Counted from the first letter of the stretch, positions 49,403 through 60,117 are shown. The stretch: 64,000 nucleotides of DNA from Thermodesulfobacteriota bacterium (GCA_963675595.2 CAXXLZ010000002.1:2304001-2368000), one strand, 5' to 3'. A program made the numbers and translations. Notes: generated by a model from the sequence alone, not told the origin.

Positions 49403-51133
49403 CTAGAAATTGAATACGGTGTCCAATTCCTCGTCCGAGACGTCAAAGACCACATTGTGGGGCGCCACGGGTTCCTTGCGGAAGAACTCCGGCAGGCGAT
49501 CGTCCTCGCTGCTGAACCCCGCCTTTCGATTGAAGTCGCGTTCAACCTTCAGAATGTCCTTCCCGGTCTGAACGAAGGTGTCCGCGGTGAAGGACGTGCC
49601 GGTTTTGGCGGTAATCATCTCGCATATGCCTTCCAGGGCTGTGGGATCGTCCAGCACGGCGAAGGCGGTGAACAGGCAGAGGCCCGTGGAGTCCAAGGTG
49701 GCGGTGGCGATCTGCAGGTTTCTGGAAAGCTCCACCTGACCCTCGGTCTTCAGAGGATTCACCTGACCGCCCACACTCAGGATGTTCGCGGTTGTGGCGT
49801 ACCCCGCCGTATGGTCCGCGCCCATGGTCGAGGTGGCATAGGTCACCCCCATGCCTTTGACCGCTCTGGGATCGTAGGCGGGCAGGGCTTGTCCCTTGAC
49901 CACGGGTACGTGTTTCACCCCGAATACACGACCGGCGGTTTCCGCTCCGCTGCCCAAAATACGGCCGAGGGGAGTTCCCTCGCTCACTTCCTTGATCAAC
50001 CGAAGAACGCCTTCGGCATCCCCGAATGGGAGAACTCCGCCTTCCATGACGACCCCCATGGTGGCTCCCATCTCGATGGTATCCAGGCCCACGTCGTCGT
50101 ACATCCGATCCATGCGCGCGATGGCGTGAAGATCGCTGATTCCGCAATTGGGACCATTGGCCCAGACGGTTTCGTACTCAGGCTCCTTGGTCACGTACTC
50201 GCCTTTCTCGTCGACCCAAACTCCCGAGCATCGGATGGTACACCCCGAATGACAGCCGTGGGTGGGTTTCCCGCCCAATTTGGTAATAATTTCGTGGGCC
50301 GCCTCCCCGCTGACTTTTTCAGCCGCGTCGAACTGACCCGACGAAAAGTTCCTGGTGGGCAACCCGCCCGCCTCGTTGAGAATATTGGTCAGAACATTGG
50401 TCCCATACGTGGGAAGCCCTTGGCTGGTCACCGGATGGGAATTGAGGGCGTCGAGAAACTTCTTCTGCGCCGCCTTGAACCCGTCCGGATCCTCAAGAGG
50501 CGCCTTCTCTCCTCCGGTGGGATCAACAACCACGGCCTTGAGTTTCTTGGAGCCCATGACCGCGCCCAACCCACCGCGTCCGGCGTGGCGAGTGGGACGA
50601 TTCTCCTGGTCGGTGACCGCGATGCTCGAAGCGGTAAGCAGCATTTCACCGGCGCGACCGATGGTAATGAATGCGGATTTGGTGCCGTATCGTTCCTCGA
50701 GTTTGGCCACCGCATCGTAGTTGTTCAAGCCCGCGATATCCGCCCCGTCTTCCATCCGAACGCCGTCTTTGGTGATGACGGCCACGGACCACTTGTCGTC
50801 TTTGGGGACTCCTTCCACCACCACGCCTTGGATGCCCAACCGCGCCAAGTATTGCCCCGCTTGTCCTCCGGCGTTGGACTCCTTGATCCCTCCCGTAAGG
50901 GGACTCTTGGCTCCGAATGAGATCCGTCCGGATGTGGGCGCAATGGTCCCACCTAGAATTCCGGGAGCAAACACGAGCTTGTTATTGGGTCCCAACGGAT
51001 TGGACTGAGGGTCAACCTCGTCGTGCAGCATGCCCGAAGTGAATCCCCTACCCCCCAAGTGCCGGTACTTGTCGGGGACCTGCTCGAACGCCGCAGCCCG
51101 GTTCGTCATATCGATTCTCAAAATCCTCGCCAT
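49403..51133 (-). CDS. aor: Aldehyde:ferredoxin oxidoreductase (W-pterin)
   Basis: ILRIDMT, KSPLTGGIKESNAGG, GRGGLGAVMGSKKLK, CHSGCTIRC, EPEYET, DDRLP. Confidence 0.95.
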   Translation of the reverse strand: MARILRIDMTNRAAAFEQVPDKYRHLGGRGFTSGMLHDEVDPQSNPLGPNNKLVFAPGILGGTIAPTSGRISFGAKSPLTGGIKESNAGGQAGQYLARLGIQGVVVEGVPKDDKWSVAVITKDGVRMEDGADIAGLNNYDAVAKLEERYGTKSAFITIGRAGEMLLTASSIAVTDQENRPTRHAGRGGLGAVMGSKKLKAVVVDPTGGEKAPLEDPDGFKAAQKKFLDALNSHPVTSQGLPTYGTNVLTNILNEAGGLPTRNFSSGQFDAAEKVSGEAAHEIITKLGGKPTHGCHSGCTIRCSGVWVDEKGEYVTKEPEYETVWANGPNCGISDLHAIARMDRMYDDVGLDTIEMGATMGVVMEGGVLPFGDAEGVLRLIKEVSEGTPLGRILGSGAETAGRVFGVKHVPVVKGQALPAYDPRAVKGMGVTYATSTMGADHTAGYATTANILSVGGQVNPLKTEGQVELSRNLQIATATLDSTGLCLFTAFAVLDDPTALEGICEMITAKTGTSFTADTFVQTGKDILKVERDFNRKAGFSSEDDRLPEFFRKEPVAPHNVVFDVSDEELDTVFNF

Positions 51134-51222
51134 GAGTTTTCTCCTTGTCTTCCGGTTTAAGATAGGAACAACATATCAGGAAAGATAGGGCGGTGCAACT
51201 ATATTAATAATAATTTCAATAT

Positions 51223-51244
51223 GTTATGTCTGGATTGACATAAC
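51223..51244. promoter_or_regulatory. Palindromic operator candidate between aor and the nitroreductase gene
   Basis: GTTATGTC-N6-GACATAAC perfect inverted repeat in an AT-rich patch. Confidence 0.55.
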
Positions 51245-51415
51245 CCGCCGGCTTTTATGCAATGAAGATTCTTCCGCGGGAGCTTCCCTCGGAAGAATCT
51301 TCATTTGCCTTTACGGCACGGCACGGTTTACATTGGAGGCAATCGGAGAATGTCGATCCGCGCGCATCCCGGGATCCAAGGCTGTTTGCCGCCACGCCAA
51401 GGAAGGAGAGACGAG

Positions 51416-51913
51416 ATGCTGGATATCATCAAATCCCGCCGCAGCATTCGCAAGTTCACCCAACAAACCGTAACTGATGAAATCATCCGGGAAGTGATCG
51501 AGATGGGCGTTTGGGCCCCTTCGGGCTTGAACAACCAGCCGTGGAAATTCGTCGTCGTCCGCGATGCCCAAATCAAGGAAGAATTGTCCGGGCAAACCCG
51601 CTACTCCCACATCGTCAAAGGAGCCCCCGTCTGCATTGCGGTTTTTCTGGATCGATCTCAAAGCTATGACTACGTGAAGGATGTTCAGGCGGTGGGAGCC
51701 TGCATCCAAAACATGCTGTTGACGATACATCATTTAGGGCTCGGCGCCGTCTGGCTCGGGGAAATTCTCAAGAACAAAGAAGCCGTGGCCGCTTTGCTTG
51801 GAGTACCGGGCGACATGGAGCTCATGGCCGTGGTGGCCCTCGGCCATCCCTCGGAGGCACGGAAAGCCGGCACCAGAAAGCCGGTGGACGAATCCATCAT
51901 CGCTTGGAAGTAG
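51416..51913 (+). CDS. Nitroreductase family protein
   Basis: IKSRRSIRKF, APSGLNNQPW, IQNMLL...LGLGAVW. Confidence 0.92.
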   Translation: MLDIIKSRRSIRKFTQQTVTDEIIREVIEMGVWAPSGLNNQPWKFVVVRDAQIKEELSGQTRYSHIVKGAPVCIAVFLDRSQSYDYVKDVQAVGACIQNMLLTIHHLGLGAVWLGEILKNKEAVAALLGVPGDMELMAVVALGHPSEARKAGTRKPVDESIIAWK

Positions 51914-51980
51914 TACGTCGCGGCACTTCCCCAGGATTCCGTGTAAGCCGTTCAACGCATTCAAATCCCAGGAGACCTGG

Positions 51981-52553
51981 ATGGACTTCAAAGAATTGGT
52001 CATACGCAACAGAAGCTTTCGCCGATTCGACGCGTCCCATCGGATCGACCGTCAAACACTGGTGGAGTTGGTGGAACTCGCCCGTTGCACGGCTTCCGCC
52101 GCCAACATTCAGCCCATCAGGTACATCCTCTCAGTGGAGCCTGAAACCAATGCCAAGATTTTCGATTGTCTGGCGTGGGCGGCCTATCTGAAGGACTGGC
52201 CGGGTCCCGAGCCGTCCGAGCGCCCGACGGCCTACATGATTCTCTTGATCGATCAGACATTGACCAAGGACTGGTGGTGTGACGACGGCATCGCCGCCCA
52301 GACCATCCTTTTGGGCGCCGTAGACAAGGGCTTGGGGGGATGCATGCTCGGAGCCGTTAACCGGGAGAAGCTGAGAGCGGAGCTCGGTATCGCGGATCAA
52401 TACAAAATACGCTTGGTGCTCGCCTTGGGTAAGCCCTCCGAAACGGTGCTCATTGAAGACCTCCAACCCGGACAGAACATCCGTTACTGGCGGGACGATC
52501 AGGGAGTGCACCACGTGCCCAAACGGAAAATCGACGACCTGATTCTCCCGTAA
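51981..52553 (+). CDS. Nitroreductase family protein
   Basis: NRSFRRF, SAANIQP, DGIAAQTILLGA..GLGGC, HVPKR. Confidence 0.9.
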   Translation: MDFKELVIRNRSFRRFDASHRIDRQTLVELVELARCTASAANIQPIRYILSVEPETNAKIFDCLAWAAYLKDWPGPEPSERPTAYMILLIDQTLTKDWWCDDGIAAQTILLGAVDKGLGGCMLGAVNREKLRAELGIADQYKIRLVLALGKPSETVLIEDLQPGQNIRYWRDDQGVHHVPKRKIDDLILP

Positions 52554-52775
52554 CAGACTACCGAATGACGCGCTCCGCGACGTTGCGTTTTTTCGCTCGT
52601 CGCTCCGAGGTGCTCCATGGATACCTTTTTTCTGTGGAATTGAGCACCTTCATGTCGTCGTCCATCACCGGCATGCAGCCACCGGATGTGTTCAACGGGC
52701 CGAAAGAAGGGCCGGAGCCCTTCCCGGATCAGAAAGAAACACGATAAACCCGAATTTCCGAAAAGAGAATCCTTT

Positions 52776-53429
52776 ATGCCGGTGGCCGTGATCTGCTGCA
52801 AGACGCTCGAACTTGAAGTCCGCCGACTCCTGGAAGAATATGACAACGACTTCCGGGTCGAGGTTTTGGAATGGGCGCTGCACATCGAGCCCAAGAAACT
52901 GCTCAGTGTCGTCGTGGAACGGATTGCGGCTCTGGCGGAAACCGGATGTAGCGCCGCCATGTTGGCCTACGGCCGTTGCCAAGCGTTGGATCGGCTTCCG
53001 GAAGACCTTCCGATGCCGGTATTCTATCCACCCGCCGACGACTGTATCGGTGTGCTCCTCGGACAGGATCGCTACGCCGAAGAGCTCATGAAACAGGCCG
53101 GCACCTGGTTCTTCACCCCGGGTTGGATACTCAAGGGGATGGAAGGGGTCTTTGCAGACCTCCAGCTCCACCGCCTGGCCGAGAAGGGGCTGGACCCCAT
53201 GGAAGTCGGAAAGCGGATGCTCGCCGATTACAAACGAGGCCTTCTGGTGGATTCCGGTGTCGGTGAGATTCGCGACTGGCTGCGCCGCGCGTCTGAAATC
53301 ACCGAGTACTTCGGGTGGGAGCTCGAACAGACCCGGGGCTCGCTTTTTCTGCTGCGCGAGGCGCTCCATAAGTCTCTTGAAGCCGCGGGGGAACCGCCGC
53401 GGAAGAAGGCGCTCCCCCATCCCTCGTGA
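52776..53429 (+). CDS. DUF1638-like protein
   Basis: ICC...LH.EP.KL...LAYGRC...DDCIGVLLG...WFFTPGW pattern. Confidence 0.7.
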   Translation: MPVAVICCKTLELEVRRLLEEYDNDFRVEVLEWALHIEPKKLLSVVVERIAALAETGCSAAMLAYGRCQALDRLPEDLPMPVFYPPADDCIGVLLGQDRYAEELMKQAGTWFFTPGWILKGMEGVFADLQLHRLAEKGLDPMEVGKRMLADYKRGLLVDSGVGEIRDWLRRASEITEYFGWELEQTRGSLFLLREALHKSLEAAGEPPRKKALPHPS

Positions 53430-53578
53430 TTCCTTCCCGGGTTTGCGAGGTTCTCGAACCGTCTTGGTTACATCGCCGCCCAACGACCTTTCCGGAGTCT
53501 TCCCCTGTGCGGGTTGCAGAATCACCGGTCCGCATCCCGGAAGAACCACGGCGCCACCATCATCACTGGGGATAAATC

Positions 53579-54343
53579 ATGTCCGATCTTATCGTGGAAA
53601 CCATTGAACCCGTCCTGCGCCTCACATTGAACCGCCCCGAACAACGGAACGCCTTTTCCGACGCTATGGTGGAGTCCTTGATTCAGGCCCTGTCCGAAGC
53701 GGGTTCCGACCCCAATGTCAAGGCCGTTGTGATCACCGGAGCAGGCAATGCTTTTTGCTCCGGGGGAGACATTAAGAGCATGAAACGCGGAGAGCTCCGC
53801 TCCTGGGGTATGAAGGACTACCTTTGGGAACGTCTCCAGAAACTGCCGCTGGCCATCGAAGCCTTCGACAAACCGGTGGTGGCCGCGGTCAACGGACCCG
53901 CCACCGGCGCTGGAATGGACTTGGCCCTCGCCTGCGATTTGCGGTCCGCGTCCCCCAAAGCGGGGTTCGTTTCCTCCTACGTCCGTTTGGGGCTCGCCCC
54001 GGGCTTCGGCGGTTGCTATTTCCTGCCTCGCCTGGTCGGCGTGGGCAGAGCCCTGGACATACTCCTGAGCGGCCGAAATGTCTCTGCTGAAGAAGCGCTT
54101 TTTATGGGACTGGTCAATCGGATATTCCCTGAGCGCGATTTCCTGAACGCAACCGAAGCATGGGTCGCCGAGACGGTTCAGTGGCCCCTTCCCTCGCTCA
54201 AGTTCATCAAACGCTTGGTTCATCAAGGCACGACGTCGGACCTCAGGACCCATCTGGATACCGTATCTTCACACGATGCGCTTCTCTCGCTCACCGACGA
54301 ACATAGGGATCTGCTGGAGCTGGTCGGCCGAAAGCACCAGTAG
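53579..54343 (+). CDS. Enoyl-CoA hydratase/isomerase family protein
   Basis: TLNRPEQRNA, AFCSGGD, KPVVAAVNGPATGAG, ACDLR. Confidence 0.92.
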   Translation: MSDLIVETIEPVLRLTLNRPEQRNAFSDAMVESLIQALSEAGSDPNVKAVVITGAGNAFCSGGDIKSMKRGELRSWGMKDYLWERLQKLPLAIEAFDKPVVAAVNGPATGAGMDLALACDLRSASPKAGFVSSYVRLGLAPGFGGCYFLPRLVGVGRALDILLSGRNVSAEEALFMGLVNRIFPERDFLNATEAWVAETVQWPLPSLKFIKRLVHQGTTSDLRTHLDTVSSHDALLSLTDEHRDLLELVGRKHQ

Positions 54344-54512
54344 TGCTTGCCCTTCAAGGATTCCTTTTTGCATCGACCTTTTATGGGGCATGGAGTTTGC
54401 CGCCGAAATGGCTATCTTGATGCCAGAGTTCCCGCCCTCGAAGGGTCGGTGCCGTATTTCCCTTGGGAAGAGCGGACTTGGGTAGAAGAAATGCGGAAAG
54501 GAGACGGAAATC

Positions 54513-54740
54513 ATGTCCTTTACCAGAATACAAGGCTTCGAGCCCAGGGTCTTCGTGCCCGATGAAGAGGACGGCGTTCCGAAAAAGCACCCGTGTGCGG
54601 ACTGTCACAGTTGCCAAATGTGCAGCGACACGCGATGCGCCCTGTGCAGGTCACAGAGAGGAAAACACCCGGGGCTTTCCGGAAATTTTCGCTTCCCCAT
54701 GGTTTCGGCTCACCCCTCCGACCCTTCCGGCGCAGCCTGA
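54513..54740 (+). CDS. Small Cys-rich hypothetical protein
   Basis: AAGGAG RBS; KKHPCADCHSCQMCSDTRCALC. Confidence 0.55.
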   Translation: MSFTRIQGFEPRVFVPDEEDGVPKKHPCADCHSCQMCSDTRCALCRSQRGKHPGLSGNFRFPMVSAHPSDPSGAA

Positions 54741-54966
54741 ATCAATTCCCCTTGAGCCCATTCTTGGGGCGGAGTCCTGTCCCCGGATCTTGACATGCTC
54801 CGATTTCGGTGTATACAAAATTCGCTTATTGCGGAAGGCGGCCTCTATCGAGAGAGATAATCCCAAGGGCGACCTGCGTTCCCTAAGACGGAAGCGCCCC
54901 CCTCTCTTTCCGGTGATCGGGTCTTACCGTTGATTTCCTTCCCCCAAGAACGGATCGATACGTCCG

Positions 54967-55836
54967 ATGACGCTACAATTCATCATAACCGGCCTAACCG
55001 TCGGCAGTATTTACGCCTTAACCGCGTTGGGGTTCTGCGTGGTGCATAATGCGACGGGGATCGTGAACTTCGCCCAAACCTCGTTCATCATGCTGGGCGG
55101 CATGTTCATGATCACCTTCCTTCAACGCGCGGGGCTCCATGTGATCCCGGCCTTCGTCCTTTCGGTCTGCACCGTGGCCTTGGTGGGGGCCTTATTGGAG
55201 CGGCTCGCCATCCGCCCGTCGCGATCCCGCGAGCCCATCGTTCTCATATTCGTGACCATCGGACTGGCCACTTTTTTGGAAGGCGCCTCCATGCTTGCGT
55301 GGGGCAAACGACATATGACCTACCCTTCGTTCTCTGGAGACGATCCGCTGCATATCATGGGCGCTACCATGATGCCGCAAAGTCTTTGGATTTTCGGGAT
55401 CACCATTGTGACCTTCGTTCTTCTAAGGCTTTTTTTCAGGCACACCCTCACCGGCAAAGCGGTCAGGGCGGTGTGCGCCGATCGCCGCGCCGCGGCTCTA
55501 GCGGGCATCAACGTCAATCGAATGATCATGTTCGCCTTTGCTTTGAGCGGGGCATTGGGCGCCATTGCCGGCATCATCATCACGCCGGTGACGACTACGT
55601 CATATGATTCCGGTCTCATGGTGGGTCTCAAAGGATTTTCAGCGGCCATCCTGGGAGGTTATGGCCGTTTTTCCGGAGCGATCCTGGGAGGGCTGATTCT
55701 GGGCGTCCTCGAATCCCTTTCCGCCGGGTACGTTTCTTCCGCTTATAAGGATGCTCTTGCCTTTATCATCCTGTTGGCCGTGCTCTTCATCCGTCCCACC
55801 GGACTCTTGGGACGGGGCGAAAGCGAACGGGTATAG
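54967..55836 (+). CDS. livH: LIV-type ABC transporter permease
   Basis: GLTVGSIYALTALG...VNFAQ, KGFSAAILGG. Confidence 0.9.
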   Translation: MTLQFIITGLTVGSIYALTALGFCVVHNATGIVNFAQTSFIMLGGMFMITFLQRAGLHVIPAFVLSVCTVALVGALLERLAIRPSRSREPIVLIFVTIGLATFLEGASMLAWGKRHMTYPSFSGDDPLHIMGATMMPQSLWIFGITIVTFVLLRLFFRHTLTGKAVRAVCADRRAAALAGINVNRMIMFAFALSGALGAIAGIIITPVTTTSYDSGLMVGLKGFSAAILGGYGRFSGAILGGLILGVLESLSAGYVSSAYKDALAFIILLAVLFIRPTGLLGRGESERV

Positions 55837-55839
55837 ATC

Positions 55840-56808
55840 GTGAACAGAAGAGATACCTTCGGCATTCTTTGTCTAATCTGCGGGCTCACGGTTTTCGCCC
55901 TTGCGATTCGAAATCCCTACTACATTCTGTTGGCCAACGTGGTGGGCCTGAACATCATCGTGGTGATCGGTTTGAACCTCCTCATCGGCTACACCGGTCA
56001 AATATCCCTGGGGCACGGAGCGTTTTTTGGAATGGGAGCCTACCTCTCCGGTGTGCTGACCGCCAATTACGGCCTGCCTCCGTGGCCGACCATGTTGCTT
56101 GCGGTTTCGGTCACTTCATTCGTGGCACTGCTCATCGGCCTGCCCGTGCTTAAGCTCAAAGGTCACTACCTGGTCATGGCCACGCTGGGATTCAACGTAA
56201 TCGTGTCCATATGCATGGTGGAAATGGAATATTGGACCGGAGGCACCTCCGGTCTTCCCGGAATACCCAGTCTCACCATCGGTCCCTGGACCCTCGATAC
56301 CGACCTCGACGTCTTTCCTCTCATATGGGGATTCGCCTTGTCGGTATTGGTGATTTCTTTGAACCTGGTCCACTCGCGGGTGGGAAGAGGTCTGCGCGCC
56401 ATCCACGGCAGTGAAGTGGCGGCCGGAACTTTGGGAGTGAACACGAGGCTCTACAAGATTCAGGTCTTCGTTTTCAGCGCCGCTCTCGCCTCGATTTCAG
56501 GAAGTCTTTACGCGCATTACATCACCTTCATCAGCCCGAAGACTTTCGATTTCTTTTACTCCGTCAAGGTCGTGATCATGGTCATCATAGGGGGGCTGGG
56601 CAGCGTTTGGGGGTCTCTCATCGGAGCCGCGGTCATCACGGCGCTGCCCGAACTTCTCGAAATGGTCGAGGAATACAGTGTTCTGGCCTACGGGCTGATA
56701 CTCGCCCTCGTTCTCATGTTCTTCCCGGACGGACTGCTCCCCGGCCTTGTGGAGGGTTTTCGTAAGCGGTTCGCACACCGGCGGGGAAAGGCCGGCATTT
56801 CAATATGA
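55840..56808 (+). CDS. livM: LIV-type ABC transporter permease
   Basis: GLNLLIGYTGQISLGHGAF, LKGHYLVMATLGF, SRVGR. Confidence 0.9.
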   Translation: MNRRDTFGILCLICGLTVFALAIRNPYYILLANVVGLNIIVVIGLNLLIGYTGQISLGHGAFFGMGAYLSGVLTANYGLPPWPTMLLAVSVTSFVALLIGLPVLKLKGHYLVMATLGFNVIVSICMVEMEYWTGGTSGLPGIPSLTIGPWTLDTDLDVFPLIWGFALSVLVISLNLVHSRVGRGLRAIHGSEVAAGTLGVNTRLYKIQVFVFSAALASISGSLYAHYITFISPKTFDFFYSVKVVIMVIIGGLGSVWGSLIGAAVITALPELLEMVEEYSVLAYGLILALVLMFFPDGLLPGLVEGFRKRFAHRRGKAGISI

Positions 56809-57617
56809 ACGAAACCAAGCCCCCGATTCATTCCACGAACTCGACGAACGGCCGCCTGCTTTCCGTCAAGGAAGTCGCCAAAGATTACGGCGGCGTGAGA
56901 GCGCTATCGAACCTTAGCTTTCACGTGGATCAGGCCCAGATTCTTTCGCTCATCGGGCCCAATGGTGCCGGAAAAACCACGGCAATCAATCTCGTTTCCG
57001 GCATTTGCCGCCCCTCCGCTGGGGAGGTTCTCCTCGGTGAACATCGTATTTCCCGTCTGCCGTCCCATGAGATCGCCCGCTTGGGAGTCACTCGGACGTT
57101 CCAGAATCTTCAGCTCTTCCGCAACATGAACGTCATTGAGAACGTTATGGTGGGACTGCACCCGAAGACTCGCTGCGGGTTTCTCAAGGGATGCCTTCAC
57201 GCCTTCGGCCACCGCGCGGAAGAAGAAAGCGTGATTCGTCGCGCCGGCGAGATACTGGAACTCACCGATCTGGCCGAGCACAAGAACCGTCCGAGCGACT
57301 CGCTGCCCTATGGTCACCGAAAAAGACTCGAGGTGGCCCGAGCATGGGTCAGCCGTCCGAAACTGATTCTGTTGGACGAACCTGCCGCAGGGCTCAATGG
57401 ACGTGAAACCGAACAAATGGCCGAACTGATCACCCGAATCCGGGATTCAGGCACCTCCGTGTTGCTGGTGGAGCACAACATGGACCTGGTGATGGACATT
57501 TCCGATCATATCGTTGTGTTGAACTATGGTAAGAAAATCGCCGAGGGTGGGCCACATCGGATTTGGAGCCATCCGGAAGTGGTTGAGGCTTATTTAGGGG
57601 GCGGTGCCCATGCTTGA
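56805..57617 (+). CDS. livG: LIV-type ABC transporter ATP-binding protein
   Basis: GPNGAGKTT, RTFQN, LDEPAAG, VEHNM, EAYLG. Confidence 0.92.
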   Translation: MNETKPPIHSTNSTNGRLLSVKEVAKDYGGVRALSNLSFHVDQAQILSLIGPNGAGKTTAINLVSGICRPSAGEVLLGEHRISRLPSHEIARLGVTRTFQNLQLFRNMNVIENVMVGLHPKTRCGFLKGCLHAFGHRAEEESVIRRAGEILELTDLAEHKNRPSDSLPYGHRKRLEVARAWVSRPKLILLDEPAAGLNGRETEQMAELITRIRDSGTSVLLVEHNMDLVMDISDHIVVLNYGKKIAEGGPHRIWSHPEVVEAYLGGGAHA

Positions 57618-58344
57618 CGTCCGCTCCCTGTCGGTGAACTACGGTCCGGTCCCAGGCCTGAGGGACGTATCCATCCGGGTCGGCCATGATGAAATCATCG
57701 CAATCATCGGCGCCAACGGAGCGGGGAAGAGCACCCTGCTCAACGCGGTGAGCGGTTTGCTCCGCGCTGCGTCCGGAAAGATCGTGTTTCTTGGAGAGGA
57801 CATTACTCGCCTGTCTCCGGAACGTCGGGTCGCTCTGGGTTTGATTCAGACGCCGGAAGGCCGACGGCTTTTCTCCTCCATGACGGTTCTCGAGAACCTG
57901 CAGATGGGCGCCTACCTGAGATACCGAAGGAAGCAAGGCCCCGCCGTTTCTCAAGACATGGAGCAGGTGTTCGCCCTGTTTCCCGTTCTCACCGCTCGGA
58001 AACGTCAGATTGCCGGAACCCTCAGCGGAGGAGAACAGCAAATGCTGGCCGTGGGTCGCGCACTTATGGGAGACCCTCGCCTTCTTCTGATGGACGAACC
58101 GTCCCTGGGGCTCGCTCCTCTCGTGGTGGGTGAGATTTTCAAAGTCGTTCGACGGTTGCGGAATCCTGAAAGGTCCATTCTTCTCGTGGAACAGAACGCG
58201 CGGGAAGCTCTGGAAAGCTCTACCCGGGCTTACGTACTGGAAGTAGGGTGCTCCCGTCTTTCCGGACCGAGCCGCGAGCTTTGTGAGGACCCCGGAATCA
58301 AAGAGGCATTCCTCGGCAAGCGGCGACCACTTCCCGCCGAGTAG
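57610..58344 (+). CDS. livF: LIV-type ABC transporter ATP-binding protein
   Basis: GANGAGKST, PEGRRLF, LSGGEQQMLA, DEPSLGLAP. Confidence 0.92.
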   Translation: MLDVRSLSVNYGPVPGLRDVSIRVGHDEIIAIIGANGAGKSTLLNAVSGLLRAASGKIVFLGEDITRLSPERRVALGLIQTPEGRRLFSSMTVLENLQMGAYLRYRRKQGPAVSQDMEQVFALFPVLTARKRQIAGTLSGGEQQMLAVGRALMGDPRLLLMDEPSLGLAPLVVGEIFKVVRRLRNPERSILLVEQNAREALESSTRAYVLEVGCSRLSGPSRELCEDPGIKEAFLGKRRPLPAE

Positions 58345-58494
58345 GAACCGGACCGGCGTTCTTCTCCATGAGGTCGCCGAATTGCCGACGAAAAGCGCCG
58401 AAACGCTTCACCGTTGGTCCGTGTCCATTGCGGACATACGTTTCTGTGAGCGTGCGGCTTTTCCTCGATTTCTTTCGAATCATGGAGTTCGAAA

Positions 58495-58523
58495 TTGCTC
58501 TCTAATCGGAATTCACGTATAAG
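58495..58523 (+). promoter_or_regulatory. Putative sigma70 promoter for paaK
   Basis: TTGCTC-N17-TATAAG. Confidence 0.4.
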
Positions 58524-58572
58524 GCATTGATTGTCTTCAAAGAGAAGTCTCATGCAAAGGAATGGATGAAAC

Positions 58573-59859
58573 ATGTCGACCAGGTTTCAATCGATCATCA
58601 AGAATGAGGAAGAACTGAAAGCCCGTCAACTGGAAGGACTCCAATGGACCGTTGCCCATGCGTATCAGGGGTCCGCTTTTTATCGCAGCCATCTGAGCGC
58701 AGCGGGTGTCGACCCTGATCAAATCCGAAGCCTGGATGACCTTAAACGTCTTCCTTTTCTCACGGCCGATCATCTTCGCGACGACTACCCTTTCCCATTG
58801 CTCTCCGTTCCCAATTCCGAAGTGGTTCGTGTTCACGCTTCCACAGGTACCACGGGTAGACGCAAAGTACTTTGTTACACACGGAAAGACATTGACGATT
58901 GGACACAATTCTTCGCCCGATGTTACGAAACGGCGGGGCTCAGTCAGGAGGACCGGGTACAGATCGCGGTCGGTTACGGCATATGGACCGCAGGTGTCGG
59001 TTTTCAGTCCGCGTGCGAACGCTTCGGCGCCATGGCCATCCCCGCCGGGCCCGGCAACATGGACATTCAGTGCCGTTTCCTGGAGGATTTCCAGAGCACG
59101 GTGTTCTGCTGCACCGCGTCTATGGGGCTGCTTATGGGAGAGGAGGTTCGTAGACGCGGCCTGCTCGACCGAATCAAACTGAACAAGGTGATCATGGGTT
59201 CCGAGCGGTCCAGCGACGCCATGCTCCAACGCATGAGGGAACTCCTGGGAGTGGAACATATTTTCGATATCACCGGTTTGACCGAGTTGTACGGCCCGGG
59301 AACGGGCATCGATTGCACCTACCACAGAGGCATCCATTACTGGGCGGATTACTACATTCTCGAGATTGTCGATCCCGAAACCCTTGAGCCGACTCCGGAA
59401 GGAGAAATCGGAGAAATGGTGATCACGACCTTGTGCAAAGAGGCCGCACCCTTGATCCGATACCGAACCCGCGATCTCACCCGACTCCTCCCCGGCCCTT
59501 GTCCCTGTGGCTCTCCAATGCCCCGTCACGACCGACTCATCGGTCGTTCCGACGACATGTTCATATACAGGGCGGTGAATATCTATCCCAGTGGGATCGA
59601 CGAGATACTGTCCGAGTTCAAAGAACTCGACAGTGAGTATCAGGTGCATCTTGACCGCCGTGAGGACGGCAGAGACTACATGACCATCAGAGCGGAGCGC
59701 AACCGTGAAGTACCGGCGGAAATGAATTCCGAACTGGCGGGCAGGGTGAAGAAAGCGATCAAATCCCGCTTTCTGGTGTCTACGGATGTGGAAATCGTGG
59801 ACTATCAATCATTGCCGCGCAGTGAGCGGAAGAGCCGACGGGTTTTCGACAACCGATAG
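58573..59859 (+). CDS. paaK: Phenylacetate--CoA ligase family protein
   Basis: HASTGTTG, GLTELYGPG, PLIRYRTRD, GRSDDM. Confidence 0.88.
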   Translation: MSTRFQSIIKNEEELKARQLEGLQWTVAHAYQGSAFYRSHLSAAGVDPDQIRSLDDLKRLPFLTADHLRDDYPFPLLSVPNSEVVRVHASTGTTGRRKVLCYTRKDIDDWTQFFARCYETAGLSQEDRVQIAVGYGIWTAGVGFQSACERFGAMAIPAGPGNMDIQCRFLEDFQSTVFCCTASMGLLMGEEVRRRGLLDRIKLNKVIMGSERSSDAMLQRMRELLGVEHIFDITGLTELYGPGTGIDCTYHRGIHYWADYYILEIVDPETLEPTPEGEIGEMVITTLCKEAAPLIRYRTRDLTRLLPGPCPCGSPMPRHDRLIGRSDDMFIYRAVNIYPSGIDEILSEFKELDSEYQVHLDRREDGRDYMTIRAERNREVPAEMNSELAGRVKKAIKSRFLVSTDVEIVDYQSLPRSERKSRRVFDNR

Positions 59860-60117
59860 ACCGCGGGTTCCCAACATCCCGTTGAAAAAGGCCGGTTGCC
59901 GCAGGTTGATGAAGAACGATGAGATGCAAGGCGCGCTAATCTTGTGGAATGAGGAGTACATGGAAGTACGCTGCAGTGACGCGGGATAAAACGCAACGCC
60001 GCGGATCGCGTTTTTAACGGCCTGTTGACCTTTCTTTGCCGAAACCGTGGGGTCTTCCTCCGTCGGAAACCCCCAATTCGCGAAACTTTTCATGAGAACT
60101 GGAACAAGGAGGATGCC

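Noticed and set aside
49262-50920. 552-aa plus-strand ORF
   Set aside because: Antisense shadow of aor.
51134-51200. Possible Moco/Wco riboswitch upstream of aor
   Set aside because: Leader short and lacking the expected multi-stem pattern.
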